A stretch of 64,000 bases of DNA from Pseudomonadales bacterium (GTDB lineage: Bacteria; Pseudomonadota; Gammaproteobacteria; Pseudomonadales; JAHEIH01), in the NCBI GenBank assembly GCA_035458985.1, contig DATHYR010000176.1, positions 17,971 through 81,970 of the forward strand. The letters run 5' to 3'. The notes below the pieces were generated by a model. It saw only the letters and a program-made list of their open reading frames with translations, had not been told where the DNA came from and searched no databases. A program made the translations under genes and the position numbers. Positions 31,229 to 41,280 of the stretch are shown in pieces (within the stretch, counting starts at the first letter, position 1; each line of letters begins with the position of its first letter).

Positions 31229-31876
31229 CTAGATAGTGGCCTCTTCCACCACCCAGTTATCGATGACCTGATCAATGTCACCAGAATACTTTCGCGCTGC
31301 ACTCATAAATTGATTGCGGTAAATTTTACCGAGGTTAATAGCTTCAATAATGACATTGCGTAATTTCCACTCACCGGCGTCGTTTTTACGCAAGGTATAG
31401 CGAATCTCATAGGGTTTTTCAGCAATACCATGCACTAATTGCAAGACTTGAGCATCGTTACCATCGGGACTGAGACGGCTATCCGCAATCTCTACTTTTT
31501 CACCACCAAAGGCCAAAAATCCTTTGCCGTACGTCTGCACGAGACCGGCCTTAAAGACCGCCGAAAAACGCTCAATTTGCTCTTCAGCGCGCGTTCTTTC
31601 AGCCACATCCGTCAACGAGCTTAGGCGCTTCTCACTGGCAAACCCACCCATCACCGCGCGAGAAAAATCGTCAAAATCGACAAATTTATCCAACACAACA
31701 GCAATATTATTAAAGTAACGATCGGGTTCTTTTTCATAATAACCCTTGGCCTCTGTAATCACGATCATCACTTCATCGGTTGCCGAGGCAATGACCTGCT
31801 CTGGGCTAACATTAGCCGATACAACGTGTGTCGTGCACGATAAAAACAACATGGCACTTAAAAGGATATTTCGCAT
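31229..31876 (-). CDS. mlaC: MlaC/Ttg2D-family periplasmic phospholipid-binding protein (no mlaFED or mlaB beside it)
   Basis: 215 aa with a signal peptide that has a VSA|NV cleavage-like site. The overall pattern matches MlaC (D...FDDFSRAVMG, F...FKAGLVQTYG, W.LRNVIIEAINLGKIYRNQF). It occupies the position where the mla operon sits in relatives. Confidence 0.8.
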   Translation of the reverse strand: MRNILLSAMLFLSCTTHVVSANVSPEQVIASATDEVMIVITEAKGYYEKEPDRYFNNIAVVLDKFVDFDDFSRAVMGGFASEKRLSSLTDVAERTRAEEQIERFSAVFKAGLVQTYGKGFLAFGGEKVEIADSRLSPDGNDAQVLQLVHGIAEKPYEIRYTLRKNDAGEWKLRNVIIEAINLGKIYRNQFMSAARKYSGDIDQVIDNWVVEEATI

Positions 31877-32010
31877 GTCTGGCTCCTTGCTAAAGACCGC
31901 GTATTAGATGGCAACATTATGCTACATAACTATACGAAATCCGAGCGGGGTTGGTGCAAATATGTTGTAACTCGGTTAATGTAGCGCCTTTTAAACACAA
32001 GCCTCACACT

Positions 32011-32997
32011 ATGTTCGAAATTCTTGCACCCTACATTGCCATTTTAGTCGGTTTCGTCGGGCTCATTTGGAGCGCAGATCGCTTTGTGAACGGCGCAGCA
32101 GCCATCGCGGCGCAGTTTGGTATGCCGACGTTGCTCATTGGTCTCACCATTGTCGCTTTTGGGACCTCCGCCCCAGAAATTCTTGTATCTATTAATGCCG
32201 GACTGGCCGGTGCTGGTGGCCTAGCAGTGGGAAATGCCGTCGGCTCAAACCTAGCAAACATAGGCTTGGTCCTAGGCATCACTGCCTTGATTGCCCCCTT
32301 GCCCATTTCACGCCGACTCATTACACGTGAAGTCGTTTACGTCGCGGCCGCCACTCTCGCGGCGGGCTGGGTACTGTTTGATCTGAGCATCACATGGCAT
32401 GAAACACTCGCGCTATTTGCCCTGCTCGCCTTCATCGTGTTTTTACTTATTCGCCAACGCAGCGAACATCCTGAAATGGCAGAAGCCGAAGAAGTTGAAG
32501 AAATCACTCACCTTACCCATGTCACTCCCGGCAAGGCTTGGATGCTATTTAGCATCGGGCTGGTGTTGCTCATTATTATGTCTGACATACTTGTCTGGGG
32601 CGCCACCGAAACAGCAATACGCTTCGGCGTCAGTGAACTGATTATTGGGCTTACGGTCGTTGCCATTGGCACATCACTCCCCGAATTGGCCGCCTCGGTC
32701 GCCAGTGCATTGAAAGGCCACCACGACATTGCTCTTGGCAACGTACTCGGCTCGAATATGTTCAACCTGTTAGCCGTGATGGCGGTACCAGGCCTATTTG
32801 CCGAGCTCAATGTTGAAAGCATGGCCTTTAGTCGAGACTTTCTCGCGATGTCCGGCTTAACGGCACTCCTGATCGCCATGATGATCATTGCCGTCAGCAC
32901 GCAACCCCGCCCGGCCAAGCTTGCTCGATGGACCGGCCTACTCATGCTCGGTCCCTACCTGGCTTATTTCGTGGTACTGTTTAACGCACAAGTGTAA
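32011..32997 (+). CDS. yrbG: Ca2+/Na+ antiporter family inner-membrane protein (YrbG-like)
   Basis: Polytopic protein with two alpha-repeats (GTSAPE and GTSLPELA) typical of the CaCA family. The likely start is ATG 32011; the ORF starts at 31951. It lies upstream of kdsD, as in E. coli. Confidence 0.88.
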   Translation: MFEILAPYIAILVGFVGLIWSADRFVNGAAAIAAQFGMPTLLIGLTIVAFGTSAPEILVSINAGLAGAGGLAVGNAVGSNLANIGLVLGITALIAPLPISRRLITREVVYVAAATLAAGWVLFDLSITWHETLALFALLAFIVFLLIRQRSEHPEMAEAEEVEEITHLTHVTPGKAWMLFSIGLVLLIIMSDILVWGATETAIRFGVSELIIGLTVVAIGTSLPELAASVASALKGHHDIALGNVLGSNMFNLLAVMAVPGLFAELNVESMAFSRDFLAMSGLTALLIAMMIIAVSTQPRPAKLARWTGLLMLGPYLAYFVVLFNAQV

Positions 32998-33008
32998 CGG
33001 AGTGACCT

Positions 33009-33983
33009 ATGGCTCATGACATTAGTTTTTCAGCTTCTGCAAAACGCACAATCACGATGGAACGCGATGCTGTCGCCGCGCTTGATGCGCGAATCGATGC
33101 CTCCTTTGATCATGCTTGTGAGCTGATCTTGCAGTGCGAGGGTCGTGTCGTCGTCACAGGCATGGGCAAATCAGGCCATATTGGTAATAAAATTGCCGCC
33201 ACCCTCGCCAGTACGGGCACCCCCGCCATGTTTGTCCATCCTGGTGAAGCCAGTCATGGCGATCTTGGTATGATCACCCCTAAAGATGTGGTACTGGCAC
33301 TGTCAAACTCCGGCACCACCGCAGAAATTGTGACATTGATCCCTCTGCTTAAGCGCATGCGCGTGCCCGTGATTAGTATGACTGGCAACCCTCACTCTAC
33401 ACTGGCACAAGCATCCGACGCCCACCTCAATGTCGGCGTCGCTACCGAGGCCTGCCCGCTTGATTTAGCCCCCACCTCAAGCACGACGGTGACACTCGTG
33501 ATGGGCGATGCCTTGGCTATAGCTCTCTTAGAGGCTCGAGGATTCACCGCGGAAGACTTTGCATTCTCCCATCCCGGTGGCGCATTAGGACGCAAATTAC
33601 TGCTTCGCGTTAGCGACGTTATGCACAGCGGTGACGCGATTCCCTGCGTCAATGAGACAACAACCGTGAAAAATGCCCTGCTTGAAATGAGCAGTAAAGG
33701 GCTCGGCATGACATGTATCCAAAACAATGCCGGCCAGCTGAGTGGCGTGTACACCGATGGCGATTTGCGCCGCAGCCTCGATCAATCAATTGATTTTGGC
33801 AACACCCCCGTGACGCACGTGATGACGAAAAACTGCAAAACCATCGCGCCTGATGCCCTCGCTGCAGAGGCACTCGCCATTATGGAAGAGAAACTTATCA
33901 CGTCACTTGTGGTCTCTGAAAAGGGCGACGACATTGCTGGCGTTGTTCACTTACACGATTTATTAAAAGCTGGCCTTGCCTAA
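33009..33983 (+). CDS. kdsD: arabinose-5-phosphate isomerase KdsD (SIS plus tandem CBS)
   Basis: 324 aa. SIS motif VVVTGMGKSGHIG, then a GEASHGDLG loop, then a C-terminal CBS pair. Confidence 0.93.
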   Translation: MAHDISFSASAKRTITMERDAVAALDARIDASFDHACELILQCEGRVVVTGMGKSGHIGNKIAATLASTGTPAMFVHPGEASHGDLGMITPKDVVLALSNSGTTAEIVTLIPLLKRMRVPVISMTGNPHSTLAQASDAHLNVGVATEACPLDLAPTSSTTVTLVMGDALAIALLEARGFTAEDFAFSHPGGALGRKLLLRVSDVMHSGDAIPCVNETTTVKNALLEMSSKGLGMTCIQNNAGQLSGVYTDGDLRRSLDQSIDFGNTPVTHVMTKNCKTIAPDALAAEALAIMEEKLITSLVVSEKGDDIAGVVHLHDLLKAGLA

Positions 33984-34006
33984 TCGCAAGTTGCTAAAGG
34001 AACAAC

Positions 34007-34561
34007 ATGCTTCGCAAACCTGTCACCCAAATTATCCTCGGCCTTGCTATAGCGATCGCCGTGGGGAGCAGTGTGTATTTTGAAGATATCAAGCAAACGG
34101 TGAAACCACCCAAGCAAGACAATCCTGATCAAGCCGAAACCTATCTATTCGATACCGAAATTGTGTCCCTTAACGACGCGGGACAAGTGAGTCAAATCAT
34201 CGTCACGCCCTCAACCGTGCAAGGCAGAGAGAGCAAGCAGACGCAGGTAATAAAACCTCAAATCAGTCTCTACAAAGATAACGCTCTGGCTTGGCAAGTA
34301 AGCGCCGACACCGCTACTATTTCGGCCGACGCCAGTGAAATGTCTCTTCTCGCCAACGTGTTATTAGTCAATCCGAGCAATAACACACAGGTTCGTACCG
34401 ACGAACTCCACTACAACACAGCACGTCAAGTCGCCACCAGCAACAGCAAGATTACCGTGGAGGCCAGTGGTGCTTCGATGACCGCCAATGGTCTGCGTTT
34501 TAAATTGGCGGATGGCTATTACCAGCTCCATAATAAAGTGACCGCAAACTATGTCCGTTAA
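34007..34561 (+). CDS. lptC: LPS export system protein LptC
   Basis: 184 aa with an N-terminal anchor and a beta-rich body. It sits directly before lptA-lptB. Confidence 0.8.
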   Translation: MLRKPVTQIILGLAIAIAVGSSVYFEDIKQTVKPPKQDNPDQAETYLFDTEIVSLNDAGQVSQIIVTPSTVQGRESKQTQVIKPQISLYKDNALAWQVSADTATISADASEMSLLANVLLVNPSNNTQVRTDELHYNTARQVATSNSKITVEASGASMTANGLRFKLADGYYQLHNKVTANYVR

Positions 34562-35096
34562 TGTTCAACACGCCATGCTAACTGTTCTTGCCATGAGCCT
34601 ATCCGCACTCTTCAGCACGGCTGTTTCGGCGATGCCTGATGATATTAACCAGCCTATCAGGGTGGAAGCCGATAGCGCAGTTCGGGATGAAAGCCGCGGC
34701 CAAACGATCTACAGCGGTGACGTAAAAATCAGCCAAGGTAGCCTCATTATTAGTGCTGAAAGTATCGTGATGTTGGAACAGGACTCCGAGCTGAACAGTA
34801 TTGTCGCCAAAGGCCAACCCGCGACACTGTCGCAACAACTCAACATTGAAGGCGAGCGGGTTTATGCCTCAGCGCAAAATATTGAGTACAACGTCGATAC
34901 TGCCACTGTGCAATTACTCGACAATGCGCAATTATCGCAAGGCGGCTCAAAAATTAGCAGCCAACAAATCACCTATAACGTGCGAGACCAAATTATCAAT
35001 GCGCAAAGCGGTGGCACAGGTTCACGCGTAGAAATGGTCATTCCAGCCAAGGTGATCAACGAACAAGTCGATCAAACACAGCAGGAGAATCCCTAG
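34551..35096 (+). CDS. lptA: LPS transport periplasmic protein LptA (OstA-like)
   Basis: 181 aa with a signal peptide. The OstA_N pattern is present (PIRVEADSA...[19 protein letters not shown]). It overlaps lptC by 11 nt; ATG 34575 is an alternative start. Confidence 0.88.
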   Translation: MSVNVQHAMLTVLAMSLSALFSTAVSAMPDDINQPIRVEADSAVRDESRGQTIYSGDVKISQGSLIISAESIVMLEQDSELNSIVAKGQPATLSQQLNIEGERVYASAQNIEYNVDTATVQLLDNAQLSQGGSKISSQQITYNVRDQIINAQSGGTGSRVEMVIPAKVINEQVDQTQQENP

Positions 35097-35821
35097 TGGC
35101 ACAGTTATGCGCCAACAAGCTTGCCAAAACCTACAGCGGTCGCCAGGTCGTTAAAGATGTCTCTGTCACCGTCCGCAGTGGCCAAGTCGTGGGCTTACTT
35201 GGCCCTAATGGGGCGGGAAAAACCACGTCATTCTACATGATCGCCGGCGTCGTTGGCGCCGATGCAGGCACTGTACTGATTGACGACAATGACATTACTC
35301 ACCTGCCCCTGCACGGTCGGGCCCAAAAAGGGATTGGCTATCTGCCGCAAGAGGCATCCATTTTCCGCAAACTGAGTGTCGAAGATAATATTTTGGCCAT
35401 TTTGCAGACGCGCAAAGACCTCAATAAGACGCAGCGATACGACGCCCTTGAGGTGTTGCTTGAGGAATTCCACATTACGCACATTCGCAGCAGCTTAGGT
35501 ATGGCACTCTCCGGCGGTGAACGTCGCCGTGTTGAAATCGCTCGAGCACTCGCCACCAATCCTGCTTTTATTTTATTGGATGAGCCTTTTGCCGGCGTTG
35601 ACCCTATTTCTGTCAATGACATTAAATCGATTATCACGCATTTAAAAAACAAAAATATAGGTGTTCTCATCACCGATCACAATGTGCGAGAAACGCTGGA
35701 TATCTGCGAGACAGCCTACATTGTTAACGCCGGAACCATTATTGCTGAGGGTACCCCTGACGAGGTCTTGAACAACGGTTTGGTGCGCGAGGTTTACCTC
35801 GGCCTGCAATTCAAGTTGTAG
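35096..35821 (+). CDS. lptB: LPS export ABC transporter ATPase LptB
   Basis: 241 aa. Walker [10 protein letters not shown], signature LSGGERRR and Walker B ILLDEP. The GTG start overlaps the lptA TAG by 1 nt and is preceded by AGGAG. Confidence 0.96.
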   Translation: MAQLCANKLAKTYSGRQVVKDVSVTVRSGQVVGLLGPNGAGKTTSFYMIAGVVGADAGTVLIDDNDITHLPLHGRAQKGIGYLPQEASIFRKLSVEDNILAILQTRKDLNKTQRYDALEVLLEEFHITHIRSSLGMALSGGERRRVEIARALATNPAFILLDEPFAGVDPISVNDIKSIITHLKNKNIGVLITDHNVRETLDICETAYIVNAGTIIAEGTPDEVLNNGLVREVYLGLQFKL

Positions 35822-35925
35822 CAAATCTTTCACTAGCAAAAACGTTGCCAGTACGCCATGAGATGACTACACTGAAGTTATAGTCAACGCGCAAGCCATC
35901 GCGCACAACATTAAGTCAACAACGC

Positions 35926-37368
35926 ATGAAACAATCGCTTCAGCTAAAGCTTGGCCAACAACTAACAATGACCCCTCAATTGCAGCAAGCAATTCGATTG
36001 CTGCAATTGTCTACCTTAGATCTGCAACAAGAAATCCAAGAAGCGCTCGAATCAAACCCGATGCTTGAAACGGCCGAAGATGATTTCGATGGCGAGCCTG
36101 AGGCGCCAAAAAACAACACCGAGGTCACGGTCAAAGAACTCAATGAAAACTGGGATGATAAGATCCCAGACGACCTCGCCGTGGATACCCAATGGGACGA
36201 TATCTATCAAAATCCGGTGTCATCAGCACCCGCCACAAGCGAGGACTACGATTTCGATAACTTCAACACGGTGACTGAAACCCTTCAGGACCACCTGATG
36301 TGGCAATTAAATCTGACCCCCATGTCAGAGGTCGACCGCTTGATCGCCACCACCATCATCGATGCCATCGACGATAGCGGCTTTTTAACCCTGTCGGCAG
36401 AAGAGATTCACGATAGCCTGCAAGGGGATCCCCAGCTGGACATTGAGATGGATGAAGTCATGGCTGTGCTGCATCGCCTTCAGCATTTTGATCCGCCTGG
36501 GGTAGCAGCTCACGACCTTCGTGAGTGCTTGCTGATCCAGCTGCGCCAAATGCCTCCTGAGACTGCATCACTGAAAGACGCCATTCTCGTGGTTGATAAA
36601 TTCATCAACTTACTCGGCAACCATGATTACGCGCAGCTTTTACGCCGAACAAAGCTAAAAGAGCCAGAACTGAAAGAGGCCATTGAGTTAATTCAAACAC
36701 TCAATCCACGCCCTGGCGATATTATCGACAGCAGCCATGCGGAGTACGTTATCCCGGATGTGTTTGTCAGCAAGGTGGGGCGTCAATGGCGCGTAGAACT
36801 CAATCCCGATGTCGCGCCGAAACTACGCATTAATAATGGCTATGCCGATTTGGTGCGTCGAGCAGATAACAGCACCGACAACAATTTTTTACGTGACAGC
36901 CTGCAAGAGGCTCGCTGGTTCTTGAAAAGCCTTCAAAGCCGTAATGAAACGCTGATGAAAGTGGCAACCGCGATTGTCGAACGCCAGATAGATTTTTTTG
37001 AACATGGCGAAGAGGCCATGAAACCCATGGTACTCAATGACATCGCTGAAACCGTGGACATGCACGAATCGACCATTTCACGTGTCACTACTCAAAAATA
37101 CATGCACACCCCACGCGGGGTGTTTGAGTTGAAGTATTTCTTTTCAAGTCATGTTGGGACAAGCTCCGGCGGAGAGTGTTCATCCACCGCTATTCGAGCC
37201 ATTATTAAGAAACTCGTTGCCGCTGAGAATCCTCGCAAACCGCTCAGCGACAGCAAAATTACACAACTGCTTCAAGAACAAGGAATCGAAGTGGCGCGAC
37301 GTACGATCGCCAAATACCGCGAATCACTCAATATTCCACCATCTAATGAGCGCAAACGACTCACGTAG
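35926..37368 (+). CDS. rpoN: RNA polymerase sigma-54 factor
   Basis: 480 aa. The N-terminal Gln-rich region I is [32 protein letters not shown]. The C-terminal RpoN box is ARRTIAKYR. Confidence 0.98.
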   Translation: MKQSLQLKLGQQLTMTPQLQQAIRLLQLSTLDLQQEIQEALESNPMLETAEDDFDGEPEAPKNNTEVTVKELNENWDDKIPDDLAVDTQWDDIYQNPVSSAPATSEDYDFDNFNTVTETLQDHLMWQLNLTPMSEVDRLIATTIIDAIDDSGFLTLSAEEIHDSLQGDPQLDIEMDEVMAVLHRLQHFDPPGVAAHDLRECLLIQLRQMPPETASLKDAILVVDKFINLLGNHDYAQLLRRTKLKEPELKEAIELIQTLNPRPGDIIDSSHAEYVIPDVFVSKVGRQWRVELNPDVAPKLRINNGYADLVRRADNSTDNNFLRDSLQEARWFLKSLQSRNETLMKVATAIVERQIDFFEHGEEAMKPMVLNDIAETVDMHESTISRVTTQKYMHTPRGVFELKYFFSSHVGTSSGGECSSTAIRAIIKKLVAAENPRKPLSDSKITQLLQEQGIEVARRTIAKYRESLNIPPSNERKRLT

Positions 37369-37422
37369 GCGCGACATTAAGCCGTGACATTGATGTCACT
37401 TTACTAAAAAGAGGAAAAACGT

Positions 37423-37713
37423 ATGCAAATGAACATTAGTGGACACCATGTTGAAGTCACCGATGCACTGAAGAATTACGTGGCTAGCAAAATGGAAAAA
37501 ATTGACCGCCATTCCGATCAGATTACCAGCGGCGATGTCATACTGACTGTAGAGAAAAATGTTCAACGCGCTGAAGCCACCATCCACGTTGTCGGCAGTG
37601 ATATTCACGCCGTCGCCGAATCTGAAGATATGTATGCGGCAATTGACTCGATGACGGATAAGCTCGACCGACAAATCATCAAGCACAAAGAAAAACTCAA
37701 AGGCCACAAGTAA
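37423..37713 (+). CDS. hpf: ribosome hibernation promoting factor (short HPF/YhbH type)
   Basis: 96 aa (MQMNISGHHVEVTDALKNYV..K..K). It lies immediately after rpoN. Confidence 0.93.
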   Translation: MQMNISGHHVEVTDALKNYVASKMEKIDRHSDQITSGDVILTVEKNVQRAEATIHVVGSDIHAVAESEDMYAAIDSMTDKLDRQIIKHKEKLKGHK

Positions 37714-37721
37714 CCTCTACC

Positions 37722-38180
37722 ATGCGCCTGACTAATATCCTGAAACCCTACCACACCCTCTGCCACAGCCCAGGTGTCAGCAAAAAACGCTGCCTGGAGA
37801 CCATTGCCAATTTCGTCGCCCACGAAGCGTACGGAGTCTCTGCCGAGGATGTGTTCATGCGCTTGATTCAACGAGAGCGCCTTGGAAGTACAGGAATAGG
37901 GAATGGCATTGCCATTCCCCACTGCCGCATACCCAATCTTACGCAGGTAGTCGGCGCACTCATTACCCTCGACAAAGCCATCGATTTTGAAGCGATCGAT
38001 GAGCAACCTGTCGACCTTATTTTTGTTCTGCTCGTCCCTGAAGAATCGTTCAGCGAACACTTAGAAACGCTTGCCACACTCGCCGAACTGTTTAACCAAG
38101 ACACCTTTTGTGACGCCCTGCGTGGTGCCTCGAATAACGAGCAGTTATACAACGCCGCGGTGACGTTCGCGGAGGCTTAG
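37722..38180 (+). CDS. ptsN: nitrogen-PTS EIIA-Ntr
   Basis: 152 aa of the PTS EIIA type-2 fold. The phosphorylatable His context is GNGIAIPH. Confidence 0.93.
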   Translation: MRLTNILKPYHTLCHSPGVSKKRCLETIANFVAHEAYGVSAEDVFMRLIQRERLGSTGIGNGIAIPHCRIPNLTQVVGALITLDKAIDFEAIDEQPVDLIFVLLVPEESFSEHLETLATLAELFNQDTFCDALRGASNNEQLYNAAVTFAEA

Positions 38181-39074
38181 ATGCATTTATATATTATTAG
38201 TGGCCGCTCAGGCTCCGGTAAAAGTAGTGCATTAAATCTACTGGCGGATATTGGTTACTACTGCATCGATAACTTACCAGTCAATTTGCTGCCGGTTTTA
38301 GTACAGCAAGCCATCGATGAACCGGTCAACGAACACAATCGCATCGCTGTGTGCATTGATTCACGCAACGCGATTAATCAGCTATGCGACGTACCCGACA
38401 TCTTACGAGAACTCCCTCCCGACGTAGTGTGCGAAACACTCTATTTTGATGCAGCCACTCCCATTTTGCTTAAGCGGTTTAGTGAAACACGCCGGCGCCA
38501 CCCTCTCACCTCCGGGGAGATGGCATTACAGGAAGCTCTCGAATATGAAACACACTTGCTAGAGGGATTGAGTGCGGCTGCCACACTGGTGATTGACACC
38601 TCGCTGCTGAGTATTCACGAGTTACGTGAACTGCTGCGACAACGACTGTCGTTCAAGCAACAATCCGAATTTTCACTGCTATTTGAATCGTTTGGCTTCA
38701 AGCACGGACCGCCTATTGATGCGGATTTTATTTTCGATGTTCGCTGTTTACCCAATCCTCACTGGGTAGAGTCGATCCGCCACTTCAACGGCACAGAGCA
38801 ACCCATTATCGACTTTTTATCACAACAGCCCGACGTCATCGCTATGCGAGATGATTTGTGCCGCTTCTTTGATCGGTGGATTCCTAAGTTCAAAGCCGAG
38901 AACCGCAGTTATATGACCATTGCTATTGGTTGTACTGGCGGTAAACACCGATCGGTGTTTATCACAGAGGCATTGGCCAACTATTACACCAACATTGATG
39001 GTAAAGTACTTATCCGACACAGGGAACTACCGAACCTTAATAGCCTGAGACACAAGGAAAATTACCGCCCATGA
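38181..39074 (+). CDS. rapZ: RNase adapter protein RapZ (YhbJ)
   Basis: 297 aa. Walker A GRSGSGKS and the C-terminal motif GCTGGKHRSV. Confidence 0.95.
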   Translation: MHLYIISGRSGSGKSSALNLLADIGYYCIDNLPVNLLPVLVQQAIDEPVNEHNRIAVCIDSRNAINQLCDVPDILRELPPDVVCETLYFDAATPILLKRFSETRRRHPLTSGEMALQEALEYETHLLEGLSAAATLVIDTSLLSIHELRELLRQRLSFKQQSEFSLLFESFGFKHGPPIDADFIFDVRCLPNPHWVESIRHFNGTEQPIIDFLSQQPDVIAMRDDLCRFFDRWIPKFKAENRSYMTIAIGCTGGKHRSVFITEALANYYTNIDGKVLIRHRELPNLNSLRHKENYRP

Positions 39075-39340
39075 TTGAGCGCCAAGTCACCATCATCAAC
39101 AAACTAGGCCTACATGCTCGCGCCGCCTCGAAGTTTGTTCAGACGTGCTCAGCGTTTAGCGCCAGCGTCAAAGTCTACAAGGGTGAACGCAGCGCTGATG
39201 GCAAGAGTATTATGTCGGTCATGATGCTCGCCGCTAGCAAAGGCACAGAACTTCGCCTTGAGTTTGACGGCAGCGACGAAGAGCGTGCCGCCGAGGCACT
39301 GATCGCATTGATCAATAATTATTTCGACGAGGGAGAATAA
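39071..39340 (+). CDS. ptsO: phosphocarrier protein NPr (PtsO, HPr-like)
   Basis: 89 aa. The active His context is NKLGLHARAA. It overlaps the rapZ stop (ATGA). Confidence 0.93.
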   Translation: MIERQVTIINKLGLHARAASKFVQTCSAFSASVKVYKGERSADGKSIMSVMMLAASKGTELRLEFDGSDEERAAEALIALINNYFDEGE

Positions 39341-39395
39341 TCCCCACCTCCACGGTATAATATTTCTCCATCCCGGACCACCAAGAGCGCAAGGT

Positions 39396-40757
39396 ATGTC
39401 TAACGGTAACGAGCAATTGCAAACACAAAAGCATTTAGACACCCTCAATGACGCGCTTCAGAGTGGTACCTTCCTGCAAGTTCGCAGGCTAATCAAATCG
39501 CTCAATTCTGCTGACCTTGCCCATTTATTAGAGTCTTCACCCCCTCGCACCCGCCAAATATTGTGGACCCTCGTCGACAAAGATAGCGATGGCGATGTTT
39601 TGCAGTGGCTGAGTAGCGAAGTACAAGCCCAATTATTGAGCGGTATGAACGCTGAAGAGGTTGTCGCCCTTACTGAAGGGTTCGACACCGATGACATCGT
39701 TGACATTCTGCAGCATTTGCCCGATCGCGTGACACAAGAAGTCCTTCAGTCGATGGACATTCAAGATCGCCAGCGTGTCGAGCAAGTACTGACCTATGAC
39801 GAGGACACCGCCGGCGGCTTGATGAATACGGATACCATCACGGTCCGGCCCAGTCACACCCTCGACGTCGTGTTACGCTATCTGCGACGCCATGATTTTC
39901 TCCCCGACATGACGGATAACCTCATTGTCGTGAATCGGCAAGACAAGTATCTCGGCCTATTACCGCTGGCCAAACTATTGGTCAGTGATCCAAACATGAC
40001 GGTCCGCGAGATCATGACCAGCGATGTGAATCCTATCCCGGTGAACATGTCAGACACCGAAGTCGCCATGCTTTTTGAGCGCAACGATTGGATCTCGGCC
40101 CCAGTCGTCAGTGAAGACAATCGCCTGCTGGGACGGATTACTATCGATGACGTCATTGACGTTATCCGTGAAGACTCCGATCACTCGTTAATGAGCATGG
40201 CCGGTCTTGATGAAGAAGAAGACACCTTCGCGCCTGTGCTCAAAGCTACCCCTCGGCGCGCTATTTGGCTGACGATCAACCTCGCCACCGCGTTTATTGC
40301 CGCGGCCGTGATCAACCTCTTCGACGAAACGTTAGAACACTTGGTTGCCCTAGCGGTGTTGATGCCCGTCGTGGCCTCGATGGGCGGTGTCGCCGGCAGC
40401 CAAACCCTTACCGTCGTCATTCGAGGTATCGCACTGGGGCAAATTGGTCGCAGTAATACCGGTTGGCTATTAAATCGAGAACTCATATTGTCGTTGATCA
40501 ATGGGTTATTAATGTCGGTCATCGCCGCCACTGTTTGCTGGTTATGGTTCGATGATCCGTGGATTGGTGCTATCATTGCGGCAGCTTTAGTGATCAACTT
40601 GCTGGCCGCCGCTTTTGCGGGTGTGACACTGCCGATCATTCTTAAGTCACTTAAGATCGACCCCGCTTTGGCGGGTAGCGTGGCATTGACCACTGTAACC
40701 GACGCCGTTGGCTTCTTGTCCTTCCTAGGCTTAGCCACACTCTACTATCTTCGCTAA
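39396..40757 (+). CDS. mgtE: magnesium transporter MgtE
   Basis: 453 aa with an MgtE N-domain, a CBS pair and five C-terminal TM helices (TTVTDAVGFLSFLGLA). Confidence 0.93.
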   Translation: MSNGNEQLQTQKHLDTLNDALQSGTFLQVRRLIKSLNSADLAHLLESSPPRTRQILWTLVDKDSDGDVLQWLSSEVQAQLLSGMNAEEVVALTEGFDTDDIVDILQHLPDRVTQEVLQSMDIQDRQRVEQVLTYDEDTAGGLMNTDTITVRPSHTLDVVLRYLRRHDFLPDMTDNLIVVNRQDKYLGLLPLAKLLVSDPNMTVREIMTSDVNPIPVNMSDTEVAMLFERNDWISAPVVSEDNRLLGRITIDDVIDVIREDSDHSLMSMAGLDEEEDTFAPVLKATPRRAIWLTINLATAFIAAAVINLFDETLEHLVALAVLMPVVASMGGVAGSQTLTVVIRGIALGQIGRSNTGWLLNRELILSLINGLLMSVIAATVCWLWFDDPWIGAIIAAALVINLLAAAFAGVTLPIILKSLKIDPALAGSVALTTVTDAVGFLSFLGLATLYYLR

Positions 40758-40770
40758 CACGTGACCCAAT

Positions 40771-41280
40771 ATGTACTACGACGACGAACCCGAGATCATT
40801 AGTAAATCCGAAGTAAAGCGCCAAATGACGGCACTACAAAAGCTCGGTGAAAAGTTACTCGAATTATCGAGTAAGCAATTAGCCATGGTACCCATGAGCG
40901 AAAAGCTGGCTGAAGCCATAGACACGGCTAAGCGAATTAACCACCATGAGGGCAAGCGCCGCCAGATGCAATACATTGGTAAACTGATGCGCAGCGAGGA
41001 CGGCGAGGCCATTGGGGCGGTTGTCCAACAATTTGAAGAGGGACAGAAATCCCTAGCGCGAGCCTTCCAGAAATTGGAAAGTTGGCGGGATCGACTCATT
41101 ACCGAGGGTGAGAGTGCCATGGGCGAGTTTGCAGAGAGCTATCCCGATATCGACCGCCAGCATTTACGACAGTTAATCCGTAATGCCCAAAAAGAAGCGA
41201 GTGAAAACAAACCACCCGCCAGTGCGCGCAAGCTTTTCAAGTACCTACGCGAAGTTTACGAAGCCAGTCTTGACGACTAA
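40771..41280 (+). CDS. yjgA: ribosome-associated protein YjgA/DarP (DUF615)
   Basis: 169 aa. By eye it aligns with E. coli YjgA (SKSE.KR....L..LG..L, EGKRRQ.QYIGKLMR, LRQLIRNAQKE...NKPP.SARK.F.YLRE). Confidence 0.88.
   Translation: MYYDDEPEIISKSEVKRQMTALQKLGEKLLELSSKQLAMVPMSEKLAEAIDTAKRINHHEGKRRQMQYIGKLMRSEDGEAIGAVVQQFEEGQKSLARAFQKLESWRDRLITEGESAMGEFAESYPDIDRQHLRQLIRNAQKEASENKPPASARKLFKYLREVYEASLDD

Noticed and set aside
32508-32945. 145-aa minus-strand ORF inside yrbG
   Set aside because: It is an antisense shadow of a hydrophobic transporter gene with low-complexity Ala/Ser/Arg composition.
35097-35111. Sigma-54-like TGGCAC...TGC element next to rpoN
   Set aside because: The GG-to-GC spacing is one nucleotide short of the -24/-12 consensus. 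The T preceding GC does not match TTGC. It also sits on the lptB start codon, inside a translationally coupled operon.
37396-38060. Minus-strand ORFs mirroring hpf (103 aa, 37396..37707) and ptsN (151 aa, 37605..38060)
   Set aside because: They are nearly coextensive antisense frames of two strongly recognisable genes. They have no start context or family resemblance, and they would run against the rpoN-hpf-ptsN-rapZ-npr operon.
40181-40738. 185-aa minus-strand ORF fully inside mgtE
   Set aside because: It is an antisense shadow of the mgtE transmembrane domain. Its Ala/Ser/Thr-rich composition is typical of reverse frames of membrane-protein genes. mgtE itself is full length with all domains.
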